DNA of 64,000 nucleotides from positions 347,515 to 411,514 of the forward strand of contig JAKMXF010000313.1 in NCBI GenBank assembly GCA_024704765.1. Reading direction: 5' to 3'. This stretch comes from Oopsacas minuta. Lineage: Eukaryota > Animalia > Porifera. Positions within the stretch are counted from its first letter, which is position 1, and every line of letters begins with the position of its first letter. The notes beneath the pieces are model-generated. The model ran no database searches. It was not told the origin of the DNA and saw only the letters and a program-made list of their open reading frames with translations. Positions 34,617 through 46,752 of this stretch are shown piece after piece. The translations under genes and the position numbers were made by a program.

Positions 34617-36119
34617 GGGCCAGTTTGGGCTGCCTAAAACTGGTCTGGAGGACCAATTTGTATTGTCATATATCTCCACTAGTTGACGCGAGGATTTGAA
34701 CTCTTGCGTCCAGCATGGTTCTTTTTTTGGCACCCCTTGACTGCTGATGGGTGTATCTTGGAGGCTTACTGGCAGAACATATTGCATTTTTTATCGAATT
34801 ATAATTTGCTAATGAACCTGGTGTTACCTTGTCTTGTCTGTCATTTATTTTTACTTTTGGGCACGAGGATTTGAAATTTTGCTTGGATTCGTGTCCAGCG
34901 TGGTTGCTTCAAAATGCACTTGTCAGCACGACTTGGTTGCTGACAAGTGTATTTTGAAGCATTCCTGATAAGAGGATATGACTTGGTTATCGAATTAACT
35001 AATGAACCTGGCGTTACCTTACGAGTATTTCTTAACATCTTTTGGAGTTTTTTATAATTTTTGTTTGATTAATTCACTTTACTTTCAAACTTGAAATCTT
35101 TGCCGACCAATTTTGCCCTAAATTATTTTAACATTTTCTACTTCTTTCTTTCTATCAGAATAGCTACCTCTATGCCAGGGTGTTTAACATCGTAATGAGT
35201 TAGTTATATTCGGAATAACAGGTATAACTCAATTTGTTCGCCCAGTGTTATAGGACGAATAATGCTAACAAAACTGTGAATTCCATTATCTGCAAGTATG
35301 TGATGTTAACTCGATGAAATGCATAAATTAGGAACTAATAATTCTGATAATTAATTAAAGTTATGGGCTGACACCAATAGTTGCTATGTACTGAGTGAGT
35401 CTATAACATTATGGATCGTCTACAAGTTCTATGAAACAGCTGTGCTACAATGCTCATGCCGACCGTTTTTTAAAGACATGAAACACGTGACAACTTATTT
35501 CTCAGCAAACTAAGCAAAAGCAATCATCATGCAGTGCCAGTACCTTTAAAGGACCCTCCATGAAGTACCGGGTACTTCGTGGAAATAATTTTGAAAATAG
35601 GACCCACCACCAAGCTATGGGTCCATTATCTCCTGAGTGACGCCCCTGTCCATTTCCTGAAACATTTCCTAGCGTCAGAGCGCGGAGACAACGGTTATAC
35701 TCTGGACAACCAGTGGTGGACCCAAGGGGACGAATTGGGCATTTTCCCAGATTTGAGGCCCCCAGGTCTGCCAGATCCTCAAGCTGTCACGAAAAATATG
35801 GTCCTACCTAGCCGAAATTGGTCCAGCAAAGATTTGTCCTAGAAAGTAGAGTGAATTAATCAAAAGAAAACGATGAAAACTCCAAAGGATGTTAACAAAT
35901 ACTGGTAAGGTAACACCAAGTTCATTAGCAAATTATAATTCGATAAAAATGCAATATGTTCTGCCAGTAAGCCTCCAAGATACACCCATCAGCAGCCAAG
36001 GGGTGCCAAAAAAAGGACTATGCTGGACGCAAGAGTTCAAATCCTCGTGTCAACTAGTGGAGATATATGACAATACAAATTGGTCCTCCAGACCAGTTTT
36101 AGCCAGCCCAAACTGGCCC
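34617..36119. repeat. Large inverted repeat: two oppositely oriented copies of a repeat family around a spacer of about 700 bp
   Basis: 34617-34830 is the reverse complement of 35907-36119 (over 90% by eye); 34990-35112 matches 35815-35925. Confidence 0.85.
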
Positions 36120-36461
36120 TGGATCGGGGGACCAGATTTGGCAGCCAAAATTGGTCCAACCAGAGCACTTTTGGCTCGAAAAATTTTTGCGCAACAAGGC
36201 CACCACTGCCCAATATATATATTTAGATTTTGCCCAGGGTATGCAAAATCCTCCAACCGCCCCTGTGGACAACACAATGTGGGTATCCTTGGTCTCTGGT
36301 CTTCCATGGAAGTTCCGCTCGACGAACATTCCACTATTCGAGCAATCTTGACATTAATCCAAGTTTAAAATGATGTCCTACAGTAAGAATAGTGAGCATT
36401 GCATATCTATGTCGTTATATTGTAAATCCCTGAGGGTACCTATTATCAGAGTTCCACTGTA

Positions 36462-38568
36462 TATGCTACTAGATAAAAGGTTTGAGTATACAAGTGCGTA
36501 TGTATTTTAATGAGGGAGTGATAGTATGGCCGCTCTTTTTGCATAATCGAAGACTTGCAACTTTTCTCATACTATTTTGTTGCAATGAAGAGCAGGACAT
36601 GAAGAGTGCCAATGTTTGTAAAGAGATGCTCGAGAAGGGACACTCCTCTCCTATCTATCCACAATTATCACTTGATAAATCCGCCTTTCTTTTCGACTCA
36701 CTTGAGGTCGGTAAAACTAAGTATTTAGAATTTCGACGTACATTACTTTCTGAAGATCTCAAGTTACCAAGCTACATTATTGTAGCTAAACATCAGTCTC
36801 AAATTAATTTGCTGGATGAGGTGCGTATAATTCATAGAGAATTTCCATGTGGAGTAGGTATTTCTACACCAGACTACTCACCATACAGTTGAACGAATTG
36901 TATCTAACTTAAGTCTTGATAACCTTGTTAATTGTCTATCCTCTTAAAGTTCGAGTATCCGATGGCTTAGATGGATCTGTGTGTCATCGAGTTTACCAGC
37001 AAGCTTTATCTAACCCTGACCTCTCGACTCCAACCTTCATTTTATTTGGTTTCAAGGTTAACGCAATCATAAATGCAAATGATCATATCCTATGGAAACC
37101 TCATCATCTGAATTCACCATTTTGCACTCGACCAGTTGCCCTCTTAGCCCTTCCAGAAAATGAAGAGAGTGTCAAGTGTTTAATGGACTCATTAATAAAT
37201 AACGAAACTTCAACTATTGAAGAGAGTGGTTTGTGTTTACAGAATGGCAATGCAGAGGTCAAGATCATAATATCTCATTTCGATACAAAGATGGCAAAAA
37301 TCTTAAGCGGTGCTGGTGGTGCTAATTCCCAAATGTGTACTGCAGCGTTCAAACAGATACACAATATTAGCATAGTTCAAAATGGCTTTACCATAAATAA
37401 GACAATCCATGATGCACGTGATGTATTTGACGAGGTTGATGAAGAAGAATTTTGTCTTTGCCAACAAATCAAAGATTCAATTTAACACACAAACCGATCT
37501 CAGAAAAAGATATCATATCAGCTTCTCCTCTACATGCATATTTGAGAACATTTAGTTGGTTCCTATTAGTGATTTGCCATTTACAGTGTGGTGCTACTCA
37601 AAAAATGGTCACCAACTTCGCCAAAAATTCTTGGTGCCAAGAAATATATTACTAGCTTTATTAAGGAAAAACTTAGTATATCCATGACACACCATCAGTC
37701 CAAGGCGGAACCACAACAACCGGAAATGTTGTTCAGAGATGCTTCACAAGTAGAGATGATACTGTGCAAGGATATTTATGGTTGTTCCTCAAGAGACACA
37801 TCAAGTTGTCACTACAATCTTTAATAATTTGAGTGCTATCTTGAGATTGTATAATAGCAACAGGAAAGTGGACACCTGGCCTTGACAATGTAGAGACCTA
37901 CGAATCCATTTTGATCAATTTTTCATGGGCACATGTAACCCCTACTTTACATAAACTTCTAGTCCATGCACCACAAATAATTGCAGATCATAATGATGGG
38001 TTTGGCTTAGAAGATTTGTCTGAAGAAGGCCTTGAATCTTGCGATAAATTGGTCAGGCGATACCGTGAGAGACTCTCAAGAATATTTAGCTTTGAGGACA
38101 ACTTACCTCTCAAAGTGATCCAATTTTAGCATCCTTTCGTAATAATACCAAAAAAGATTCGGAGCCAGATCTATCTGAGTTGAAAAGCTGTCAAGATGTT
38201 TTGGTGAATTCACTAATTATAAATACGTTATAGTTAGTTCAATGAACGGTAGGTCATTTCAACAAGAAATGTGGTTTCATAAGTTTATAAAAATGTACAT
38301 TAAATAGTGTTAATAATATCAAAACATAAAATATTCAATTTCTGAACATATAACTCACAAATTGCCTTAATTATAATCGATAAAAAAAACAAAATATTTT
38401 TGAATGTGACAATGACGTCATTACTTTCACACCCAAAGACTTAGAAAAAATCTAGTTACGTCAATCGATCCCTTGGGTATGATTCCCCATATGTCAATAA
38501 TATAGTTTAATACGTTATCTAGTACCCTAATACCTACGTTCAGGTTTTGGCCATTTCGTGCCACTGTG
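36462..38568 (+). mobile_element. Transib/RAG1-core-like transposon, frame-shifted transposase with right TIR
   Basis: DGLDGS..HRVYQQ (Asp at 36970), CTRP, HFDTKM (Asp at 37282), SPLHAYLR, TPTLHKLLVH, SEEGLES..K..RRYR (Glu at 38034). The terminus reads CACAGTGGCACGAAATGGCCAAAACC on the minus strand from 38568. The 5' side abuts a pogo-like end at about 36461. Confidence 0.85.
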
Positions 38569-38847
38569 CTTGCTTCGAAAAGGAGCGCACTCCAGCTCCC
38601 GCTTCAAGAAAATGTAGCGCACTCCATTCGCGCTCCTTTTCATTCTTTCAGATTTACATTAGATTTGTATTTAAGTAATCAGGTTAGAATTTAACAATTG
38701 TACATTCTAGAAATTGCTAAATGCGCCAAGATCAAACCATTCCAATAAATTGTGAATTCTACAAAAGTGTCCAAGCATCCACTTTTTATAGCATATATAA
38801 TGAAATTTATACAGAATAACGATGAAATTGTAAATTGTGTGCAACTA

Positions 38848-38996
38848 CAGCGCCGTAGGAAGCAAAGAATTATTGGCACGGCGAGGTACATTGTATTGGA
38901 ATGGCATTCATCACATCTGACTATTACTAATAATAGAAATTTTTAATTATTGGTGCGGCGAGCGTCGCACCTGCCGCACCGGTTCCTACGACGCTG
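38848..38996. mobile_element. hAT-like MITE
   Basis: TIRs CAGCGCCGTAGGAA / TTCCTACGACGCTG; homologous copy at 58976-59125; TSD not clear. Confidence 0.55.
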
Positions 38997-39166
38997 AATT
39001 AAATAGGACCGCGCTCCAGGTATTTCTTTACCCTGGCTGGATATGTACAGTATAGTCATAATCGAAGATTAAATGAATAATTAAATGATCGAGAACGGGA
39101 ACGCTGATCACAATTTCCCCTAGGATCGGGATCGTGTTTCAGATCGGATCGTTTAATTCCCTAGTC

Positions 39167-39329
39167 CATTTATTTCCAACCTGGGGTCCATGAACCCCTT
39201 AGTGTGTCCAAAGATTACGGCTGGGGGTTCACAGGAGCTCAAAGTTTAAATTGCAGTATATGGGAAGTCTACAGAATGTGTTAATATTGGTATAGGGGGT
39301 CCACGTTTGAAAAAGATTGAGAACCGATG
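39167..39329. mobile_element. hAT (Charlie/Buster-type) MITE
   Basis: Identical 8-bp TSD CCCTAGTC at 39159-39166 and 39330-39337; right TIR ATTGAGAACCGATG; left TIR degenerate; same family as 1161-1219. Confidence 0.75.
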
Positions 39330-39434
39330 CCCTAGTCATTACACTTAGTACGTAGCTATTACTTTATATTTCTGAATCTTAATTGAGAAATTACTGCTAA
39401 GTACAAATTCTTATAGCAATATTATACAGTGATA

Positions 39435-42416
39435 ATGATCTCCCAAGGAAAGGAACAAGTTTTCCAAGACAAAGAGAAACCTAGTGATGTTCGTACCAGT
39501 AACATAACTGCAGCTAAAGCAGTAGCTGATGCTATCCGTACCAGTCTCGGACCCAGAGGTATGGATAAGATGATACAAGCATCAAAAGGAGAAGTCACCA
39601 TAACCAATGATGGAGCAACAATCCTAAAACAGATGCAGGTGATACACCCTGCAGCTCACATGCTAGTAGAGCTAGCTAAGGCTCAAGATGTTGAAGCTGG
39701 AGATGGTACTACTACTGTTGTTATTCTAGCTGGGAGTATCTTGTCAGCCAGTCAGACTCTCCTGTCAAAGGGTATACATCCTACCTCTATCTCTGAGAGC
39801 TTTCAAACAGCTGCTACAAAATGTCAGGAGTTTCTAGAAGAATTAGCTATACAGGTTGATCTCAGTGACAAGGCAACTCTTATCAAGAGTGCTACTACCT
39901 CTCTCAGCTCTAAGGTGGTGTCTGAGTTTAGCGGGCTACTGGCTCCGATTACAGTAGAGGCTGTGTTGAAGTGTATTGATACTGCTACTGCAACTAATGT
40001 AGATCTCAAGGATATAAAGGTAGTTATCAATATAGATTGTAATGAATTTCAAATTCTTACAGTTCATTTTGGAAAAATTGAAATCTTTCCTTAAGCTTTT
40101 TATCTTTACTAAATTTGAGGAAGAAAGTCAAATTTTTTCAAACAATCTCGTACGGACTTCTTTGACCATTTATATCTCAGAATTCATGTTGCCGGTAAGA
40201 ATTATCTTAATAATTATGTTAGAGTCAAATATGACCATATAGAGTTATTGCTGTTTAAAGGAGTAGACGAGACAAACTGTGAACCTTTTCTCTAATCACT
40301 TAGTCATAACTTTACCTGTATCCACACTACTCAGATTCGCTTAGTCAAAGTAGTCATATTGCATTTTAGTGCAGTTCCTATAGGAAGATGCCCTGATGGC
40401 ATGGACGATGTGCTACGGCCGTGCGAAATCTGTTTGTCCAATTAACATGAAAATTGGCATACATATACATTTTGGGTCGGGGATTTGCACCTCGGGTATG
40501 ATTTTTCTAAAGTGAATATTTCACACCTTTTTGCACCTATTTCAAATAGATGCTAGAGATTTTGTTTAAAAAGTTAGACAGAGGGTAATTGTAGGATAAT
40601 ATTCGGAATTTTATCAATAGGATTTGAGGATAGATCATGAAGTACAATAGAGGACAAATAATATTGAATATCCTGAAATATTTATCAAATCAAGGAGCCC
40701 AAAATCAGTTGGGTCTGGTGCATTGCGGCATTTACACGAGGGGGTCAGGGGGGGCATGCCCTCCCTGAAAAGAACAAAAATTCATAACCCTGAGCTGCAC
40801 TACCAGTCGTCGGCTGGACATTTGGTATCAATATGCTTATTATGATTATGATTGAAAGAGTCTTAGAGTTATAACTCAACAAGATGGACAATACATAGTT
40901 AATATTTACGTATTATTTTTTTCGTCCAGTTTCAGTTTTTCAATTCGTACAATTGCACTGAGCAAATAATATAGTATTATAATTGTCTTCGTATTGCCAA
41001 CTTTTATTGTGTTAACTCAAAGAGCCGAATGTTGGAATACATTATGTTCTACTGTACCGTGGTGGCGTAACGAATGAAATCATTGGGGGGCATTGGGGGG
41101 CAGTTGGATCTTTCAAAGTACCTTTTTTGGTGAGTTGAAAAGTTAATGATCGTATAAGTAAGAGTGTTTCATCTTCCAAAAATGGGGGGCATTGCTCCCT
41201 CCAGTCCTTCTACAGTTACGCTACTGTTAAACTGAGAGATAGGTACAGTGTTCCCTCTAATTTTCGGTGGACCCATATCTGATGGGGGTACTGCCAAATT
41301 CCTTAGAGGAAACACTGGGATAGGAATTATCCAGAATTCGCATTAACAAGATTCCAATAAAGTTACTAACCCAATGCTATTAGTTATATATATAACTATC
41401 CTATCTTGTAGGTGATTACAAAGCTAGGAGGTACTCTAGAGGACACTGAGCTGGTTGAGGGAGTCGTGTTTGACAAGAAAGCCAGTCACGCCTCTGGAAG
41501 TGTAGTCTCAGTTGACAAAGCTAAGATCGGTCTGATCCAATTTTGTATTTCCCCGCCTAAAACTGACATGGAGAACCAGGTGATAGTTACTGAGTACACA
41601 CAAATGGACCGCATCCTTAGAGAGGAGAAGAACTACATACTGGAGATATGCAAACAGATTAAGAAAGCTGGCTGTAACGTACTACTCATTCAGAAGAGTA
41701 TTCTAAGAGATGCTATCAATGACTTAGCTCTGCATTTCCTAGCAAGGATGAAGATTATGGTAGTAAGAGACATAGAGCGAGAGGATATTGAGTTTATCTG
41801 TAAAAGTCTTGGTTGTAGGCCTATTGCTTCCCTCGATCACTTCTTGCCGGAGTCTCTATCCAGTGCTGAGCGGGTAGAGGAAATATCAGTGGGAGGGAGT
41901 AAGGTCGTAAAGGTAACAGGCCCCTCAATTGGACAGAAGACGGTTTCTATACTAGTGAGAGGTTCTAACAAGCTAATCCTAGATGAAGCAGACAGATCTA
42001 TACATGATGCTCTGTGTGTGCTACGTTGTCTAGTAAAGAAGCGAGCCTTGATTCCTGGAGGAGGAGCTCCTGAGATTCACGTAGCACTACGTCTGCAGCA
42101 ATACGCCAGGACACTCAGTGGAATGGAAGCATATTGCATTAAGGCGTTCGCTGATGCTTTGGAGATAATAGCATTCACTCTGGCAGAAAATGCTGGATTG
42201 AATCCAATCGCTACTGTAACAGAGCTCAGGAATAGACACACTAAGGGGGAGCACAGTTGTGGGATTAATGTCCGCAAGGGACAGGTCGGAGATATGAAAG
42301 AGGAACAAGTGATACAGCCTCTACTCGTTACATCCAGTGCTATTAGTCTAGCAGCTGAGACTGTAAGGAGTATTCTCAAGATTGATGACATACTGAATGC
42401 ACAGCATCATGTCTAG
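39435..42416 (+). CDS. CCT4: T-complex protein 1 subunit delta; exons 39435-40019 and 41412-42416
   Basis: [29 protein letters not shown]; GT-AG phase-0 intron 40020-41411 restores DLKDIK|VITKLGGT; 529 aa. Confidence 0.95.
40381..40823 (+). mobile_element. DINE-1/HINE-like (Helentron-associated) non-autonomous element in the CCT4 intron
   Basis: 5' hairpin ATGCC..GGCAT, block CCGTGCGAAATCT, 3' CTGAGCTGCACTACCAGTCGTCGGCTGGACATTT hairpin plus T tract; further copies at 44654-44996 (+) and 62834-63270 (-) carry a (GTCC)n tract. Confidence 0.6.
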
Positions 42417-43033
42417 TAGAGGATGTTTGTAGGTCAATTATGTGCCTGTAGGGACTAGGTTGTATGCTTAGATTATATAGGAAATGCGTTATATTAGACT
42501 AACGGGGTTTAAGTGTTAATACGTATGAATTAGCTATTTAGTAAGGTTGAAACTGCTTCAATTTAATAATCACATTTATAGAAAATAACAAATGTAATAA
42601 ATCTACGTATTTAGTATAAGTTGATTTATTACATTTGTTTGATTCAGATCACCTTATGTGAGAAGTTGTGATTGCAGATATAAATATATAATAAAGGAAG
42701 CTAAATTATTTGGTTCTCAACCGAATACTAATGCATCGGTTCCAAACAGAATATCAACTATTTGCCAAATTTTAGTTGGTTAAACCGAATATTCAACTTA
42801 TGTATTCAGTTGTAACCATGTTATTTAGTGAACACTTATTTCAATAAGTTACATGTCCAGCAAGCTTCCCAACCATGTAATTACCTAATATACTCTCTAA
42901 TAAGCCATTCTAGAACTCAGATTATATTGAAGTGAATATATTAGGGCTTTGATAGTTGATACGGTTATACAGGAGTTTTACAGAAATATTCGATACATTA
43001 TGTCCATATATTTGATAGTATAATTCTCTAATA

Positions 43034-44272
43034 ATGGCATCTCACCACTTCCCTTATACTGGTTTTCCATCAGCCCCCACACACAGCAACTCATCCCCTA
43101 ACATCACCAGTCCCTTTGAAACCTCACCTGTCATTACATTCCATCCGCTTACTAATGGAGATGTGCGTACCAGGAGAGAAAGAGAAGCAGACATCGTGAG
43201 GAATTTCTCAAGTGAATTAACTACTCTCTTACCCATTCAACCCAATCTAAAACCCAAATACGAACAAGTAGCTCTACTTGATGACGTCATATCTGACCTG
43301 GTGTCTCTTAGGCGACTGAAAGAGGTGTGTACAGTACCCATTAGCTCAGAGGAGGTAATATCCTGTATAGCTTGGTCTCAGCCTCAGAACAAACACTTTG
43401 CTCTCTCTTACAACACTAAAATAAAACTATACGATTACAGACAGACGCTAGAGAATGGATTAATTAGTCAATATTTGTGTTGTCCTTTTGAGGAGGTAAA
43501 GACAGATTCACAGGTGTTATCAATCGCATTTCAGAGAAGTCATATCAGTTACTGTCTAGCTAGTGGGGAGAAGGATGGTACTATTTGTTTATGGAGATAC
43601 GAAGAACAAAGAAATACTAATCAATTCGTTAAAGATACTATTGACAAGCTAGCCTCAACCTGCTGGACAGTCTCATGGATGCCAGGATCGACTCTGGTTA
43701 CGTATGGAGGTCAGGACGGTATCATACGCATACACGAGTGTGTTACGAAGACATCTATGTACGAATGGAGAGCAGATGCGTCAGTAAACGCACTGCTGTT
43801 TGCAAACCAGAATCTTCTTATAGCTGGTACCAGTTCTGATGCCATTCCCTTATACGACTTAAGGACCCCAAGTATATCTATAGGTAAACTGAAACGAGTG
43901 AACCAGGGGGTATGTGCTCTCAGTTCTATAGTGGGGTCAGAATTCGAAGTGGTGTCAGCCTCTAAGGACAGTACGTTAACCCTTTGGGATCTGAGGATGC
44001 GTAGACTCGTGAGAGGGTATAGAGGACATAAGAATGAGGACAAGTTCGTGGGTCTTGCTAATAATGGAAAGTTCATTGCTGTAGGTACAGAAGATGATAG
44101 TATAATATTGTATCATAAAGAAATATCCTCCCCCGTTATGTGCTACAACTATCCTCCTGGAAATATGGGGTTTGTAAGATGTTTATCTTTCCATGAAGAT
44201 GAGAAACATCTCATTGGAGGAAACTCAACTGGAAATGTTAAAATACTCAAAATTGAAATGGACTTACCTTAG
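43034..44272 (+). CDS. COP1/RFWD2-type WD40 beta-propeller protein lacking RING and coiled coil, intronless
   Basis: KIKLYDY, CWTV, LYDLR, VVSASKDSTLTLW, RGYRGHKNEDKFVGLANNGKFIAVGTEDDSIILYHK and GNSTGNVKIL align to the COP1 WD40 ([37 protein letters not shown]); no Cys/His RING in the roughly 95-aa N-terminus. Confidence 0.8.
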   Translation: MASHHFPYTGFPSAPTHSNSSPNITSPFETSPVITFHPLTNGDVRTRREREADIVRNFSSELTTLLPIQPNLKPKYEQVALLDDVISDLVSLRRLKEVCTVPISSEEVISCIAWSQPQNKHFALSYNTKIKLYDYRQTLENGLISQYLCCPFEEVKTDSQVLSIAFQRSHISYCLASGEKDGTICLWRYEEQRNTNQFVKDTIDKLASTCWTVSWMPGSTLVTYGGQDGIIRIHECVTKTSMYEWRADASVNALLFANQNLLIAGTSSDAIPLYDLRTPSISIGKLKRVNQGVCALSSIVGSEFEVVSASKDSTLTLWDLRMRRLVRGYRGHKNEDKFVGLANNGKFIAVGTEDDSIILYHKEISSPVMCYNYPPGNMGFVRCLSFHEDEKHLIGGNSTGNVKILKIEMDLP

Positions 44273-44653
44273 TATTTCATTTGCAATTCAATGATTTAAG
44301 TATTCTGTTTGTACAATTTCTATTTTTGAGATAAAATATTAAAATCTAAATTGTTTAATACGTCTTTCAATGAATACGTATTATACGTTCAATATACAAT
44401 TTTTTCTGCAATACATCATTTCATCAAAACAGTAGTAAACAGTAGTTCTCGAATTATTAATCAGAAACTCAGCACAATTAACTAAATTACAAAATACACG
44501 ATAATAATGTGACTTATACAAATTTAACAGTGTCAAAATTTCGAGGTTAACCTATAATACATTTAAATAGATTACGTATAACGTATTACAGTAGAATCTC
44601 ATAATACGTACACGAGCGGACCTTCGAAATTTGTTTCCTTATCCGGAGTCCAA

Positions 44654-44996
44654 CGTCCGTCGGTCCGTCCGCGCGGCCGTGCGAAATCTAGCAGTCCGAT
44701 TAACATTAAAATTGATATACATATACACTTTGGATCGGTGATTTGCACATCAGGTATGAATACCTTCTAAAGTGAAATTTTCACACCTTTTTATGTAAAA
44801 CTCAATAGCATGCTAGAGATTAATTTGTTGTCCAGTAATTGGGTACGTATAGTCTGATGATATTTGCAGAGGGTGAAAGTTATACAATCAGTCAGGGTAT
44901 GGCGCATTGCGCTATTTACACGGGGGATGTGCCCCCCTGGAAAGAATACAACAAATAACCCTGAGCTGCACTACCAGTCTGTCGGTTGGACATTTT
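44654..44996 (+). mobile_element. DINE-1/HINE-like element, copy 2
   Basis: GTCCGTCGGTCCGTCC tract; internal blocks and 3' hairpin shared with 40381-40823. Confidence 0.6.
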
Positions 44997-46752
44997 AGAG
45001 TAAGATGCCATCTAGAAGATGGATAATAGTCAACAGATGCAGATTAAATTTTGTGTATTAGGATAGCCATGCCACTAACAAATTTTGGTTTTGTCCAACA
45101 GTGAATTCTTTAATCTTATGTTGCATGTCTTAATCTCAAGTTGAGATTATGTAGAGTATCTTTGGACAAGGAGAAAGTCCGATTAGTGAATGAGGGGAAA
45201 TGAAAATTAGTTCGAGTTAACGGCAAGCCCGTTCAAGTTATCCGGTTGAAATGCCACTTACCATAGAAACAGTACTAACAACACCAAAAAGAGATCTAGT
45301 TAAAACCGGGCCAAATGGACCGGTGGCGCCGGCCCTGAAAGTACATAAGAGATAGCGGATGTTGACTGTATATCTTAATTAATGATTTAAAATTTTTGAT
45401 TGTTGTAAAGCGCTCTTAATTGGGTTTGAGCGCTGACTCGATTGCACACACATGCACATACTTTGTATAATTATTGATTCATTATTAATTCGGATCTTGT
45501 ATTTTAACTGGTTAATAACCCGAATTTGGGGAAACATTGTGTTAGCTTGTGTAAATAGGTGAGACTTGGCTGATATAATATTATATTGAGGGTAAGACGG
45601 GAGCGGAGCGTACCGAAATTTACTGTTTGTAATTTGAGTGATATCAACGTAATTAATCAATACCACAGTCTTGCCAGATAATATTAATATCCTGGTAGGG
45701 AGATACAACCCCTACCCACCTGGATCCACATTGGCGGGCCCCTAGGGTGGTAGCCCTAAGCCATGGCTTTGTTGGCATATAGATAAATCCGGGCCTGTTG
45801 ACTGGCCTCACACTATATTACATTTAAAGAATTCTGCTGAAACGGATAAGAGCTACAGTTTATTACGAACGCAGGCATACATACTAACGAGGTTCTACTA
45901 GGTTCAATTTTTATGGATTTGATTAGATTGTAATGTTAGAAATAAGGTGAAACATACCAGTAAATTAGAGCATAACGTTTAGTAGCTGACTATGTAGATG
46001 TCTATCATTACCTAATTTATAGCGTGATTGCGGAAAGAGTGTAAAATTACACTCTACTTTGCCTTAAAAAGTAACAACCCTGATTTCATTCACTTGAGTA
46101 TACAAAAATTGTTAACAATCATTCCGCCTGTTGCAGTATAACACGAATACACTGGTGTTAACACCTGCAACATAGCTGCTAAACTTTACGTGATAAACTA
46201 AAATGGATCTCATTTTAGGTATGTGCGGATCAGATACCCCATAATCCATTCTTAGCTTGAAGTCGCTAGATCGTGCAGGTCAATATAACAGTAATATATT
46301 CGTGAATACATACTACGTATTCAGACCAAGGTTACAACCGAATAGTTCAATATTCGGTATTTCGAAGCCCAAACCGAATATTCTCAGTAGTATTTGGTTG
46401 ATTTAATCGAATAATATTAGTATTCGTTTAGGCTGCTATTCATGAATACTGATATTCGGTTGCATCCGTTTCAACCCTGAATTGCAAACGTATTAATTAC
46501 CCAAAATTAGAGAAATTAATTGTTAATGAAGTTAATTAAGGTTCAGGAATATCCACTGTAAGTAGGTTGCATTGATTTAACCACGCTATGCAGTTAGTAG
46601 CTTATCAGTATATAATGTAGGTAGAGTGGCAGTTTTGGATTAGAAAGCAATCCAATAGCAGGACACTGTATGCATACCATTGCTATATCTAGTTGAGGTT
46701 TGAAGATTTTGTTTCATATAGTGTAATATACAATTATTTATTATTTCATACG

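Noticed and set aside
35640-35790. GC-rich patch as a tRNA or other ncRNA
   Set aside because: No cloverleaf or A/B boxes; it contains hAT-like TIR fragments (GTGACGCCCCTG, CAGTGGTGGACC).
36273-36279. CACAATG as the left TIR of the Transib element
   Set aside because: The following sequence does not match the right TIR and the 5-bp flank does not match CTTGC.
34545-36368. Paralogous ORFs 34545-34787 (-) and 35889-36368 (+) as a novel duplicated protein
   Set aside because: The similarity is fully explained by the DNA inverted repeat; there is no domain signature and the frames break in the other repeat unit.
43034-44272. Beta-propeller gene near the RAG1-like element as a RAG2-like partner (ProtoRAG)
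   Set aside because: It is a COP1-type WD40, not Kelch-PHD, and lies about 4.5 kb outside the TIR, beyond CCT4.
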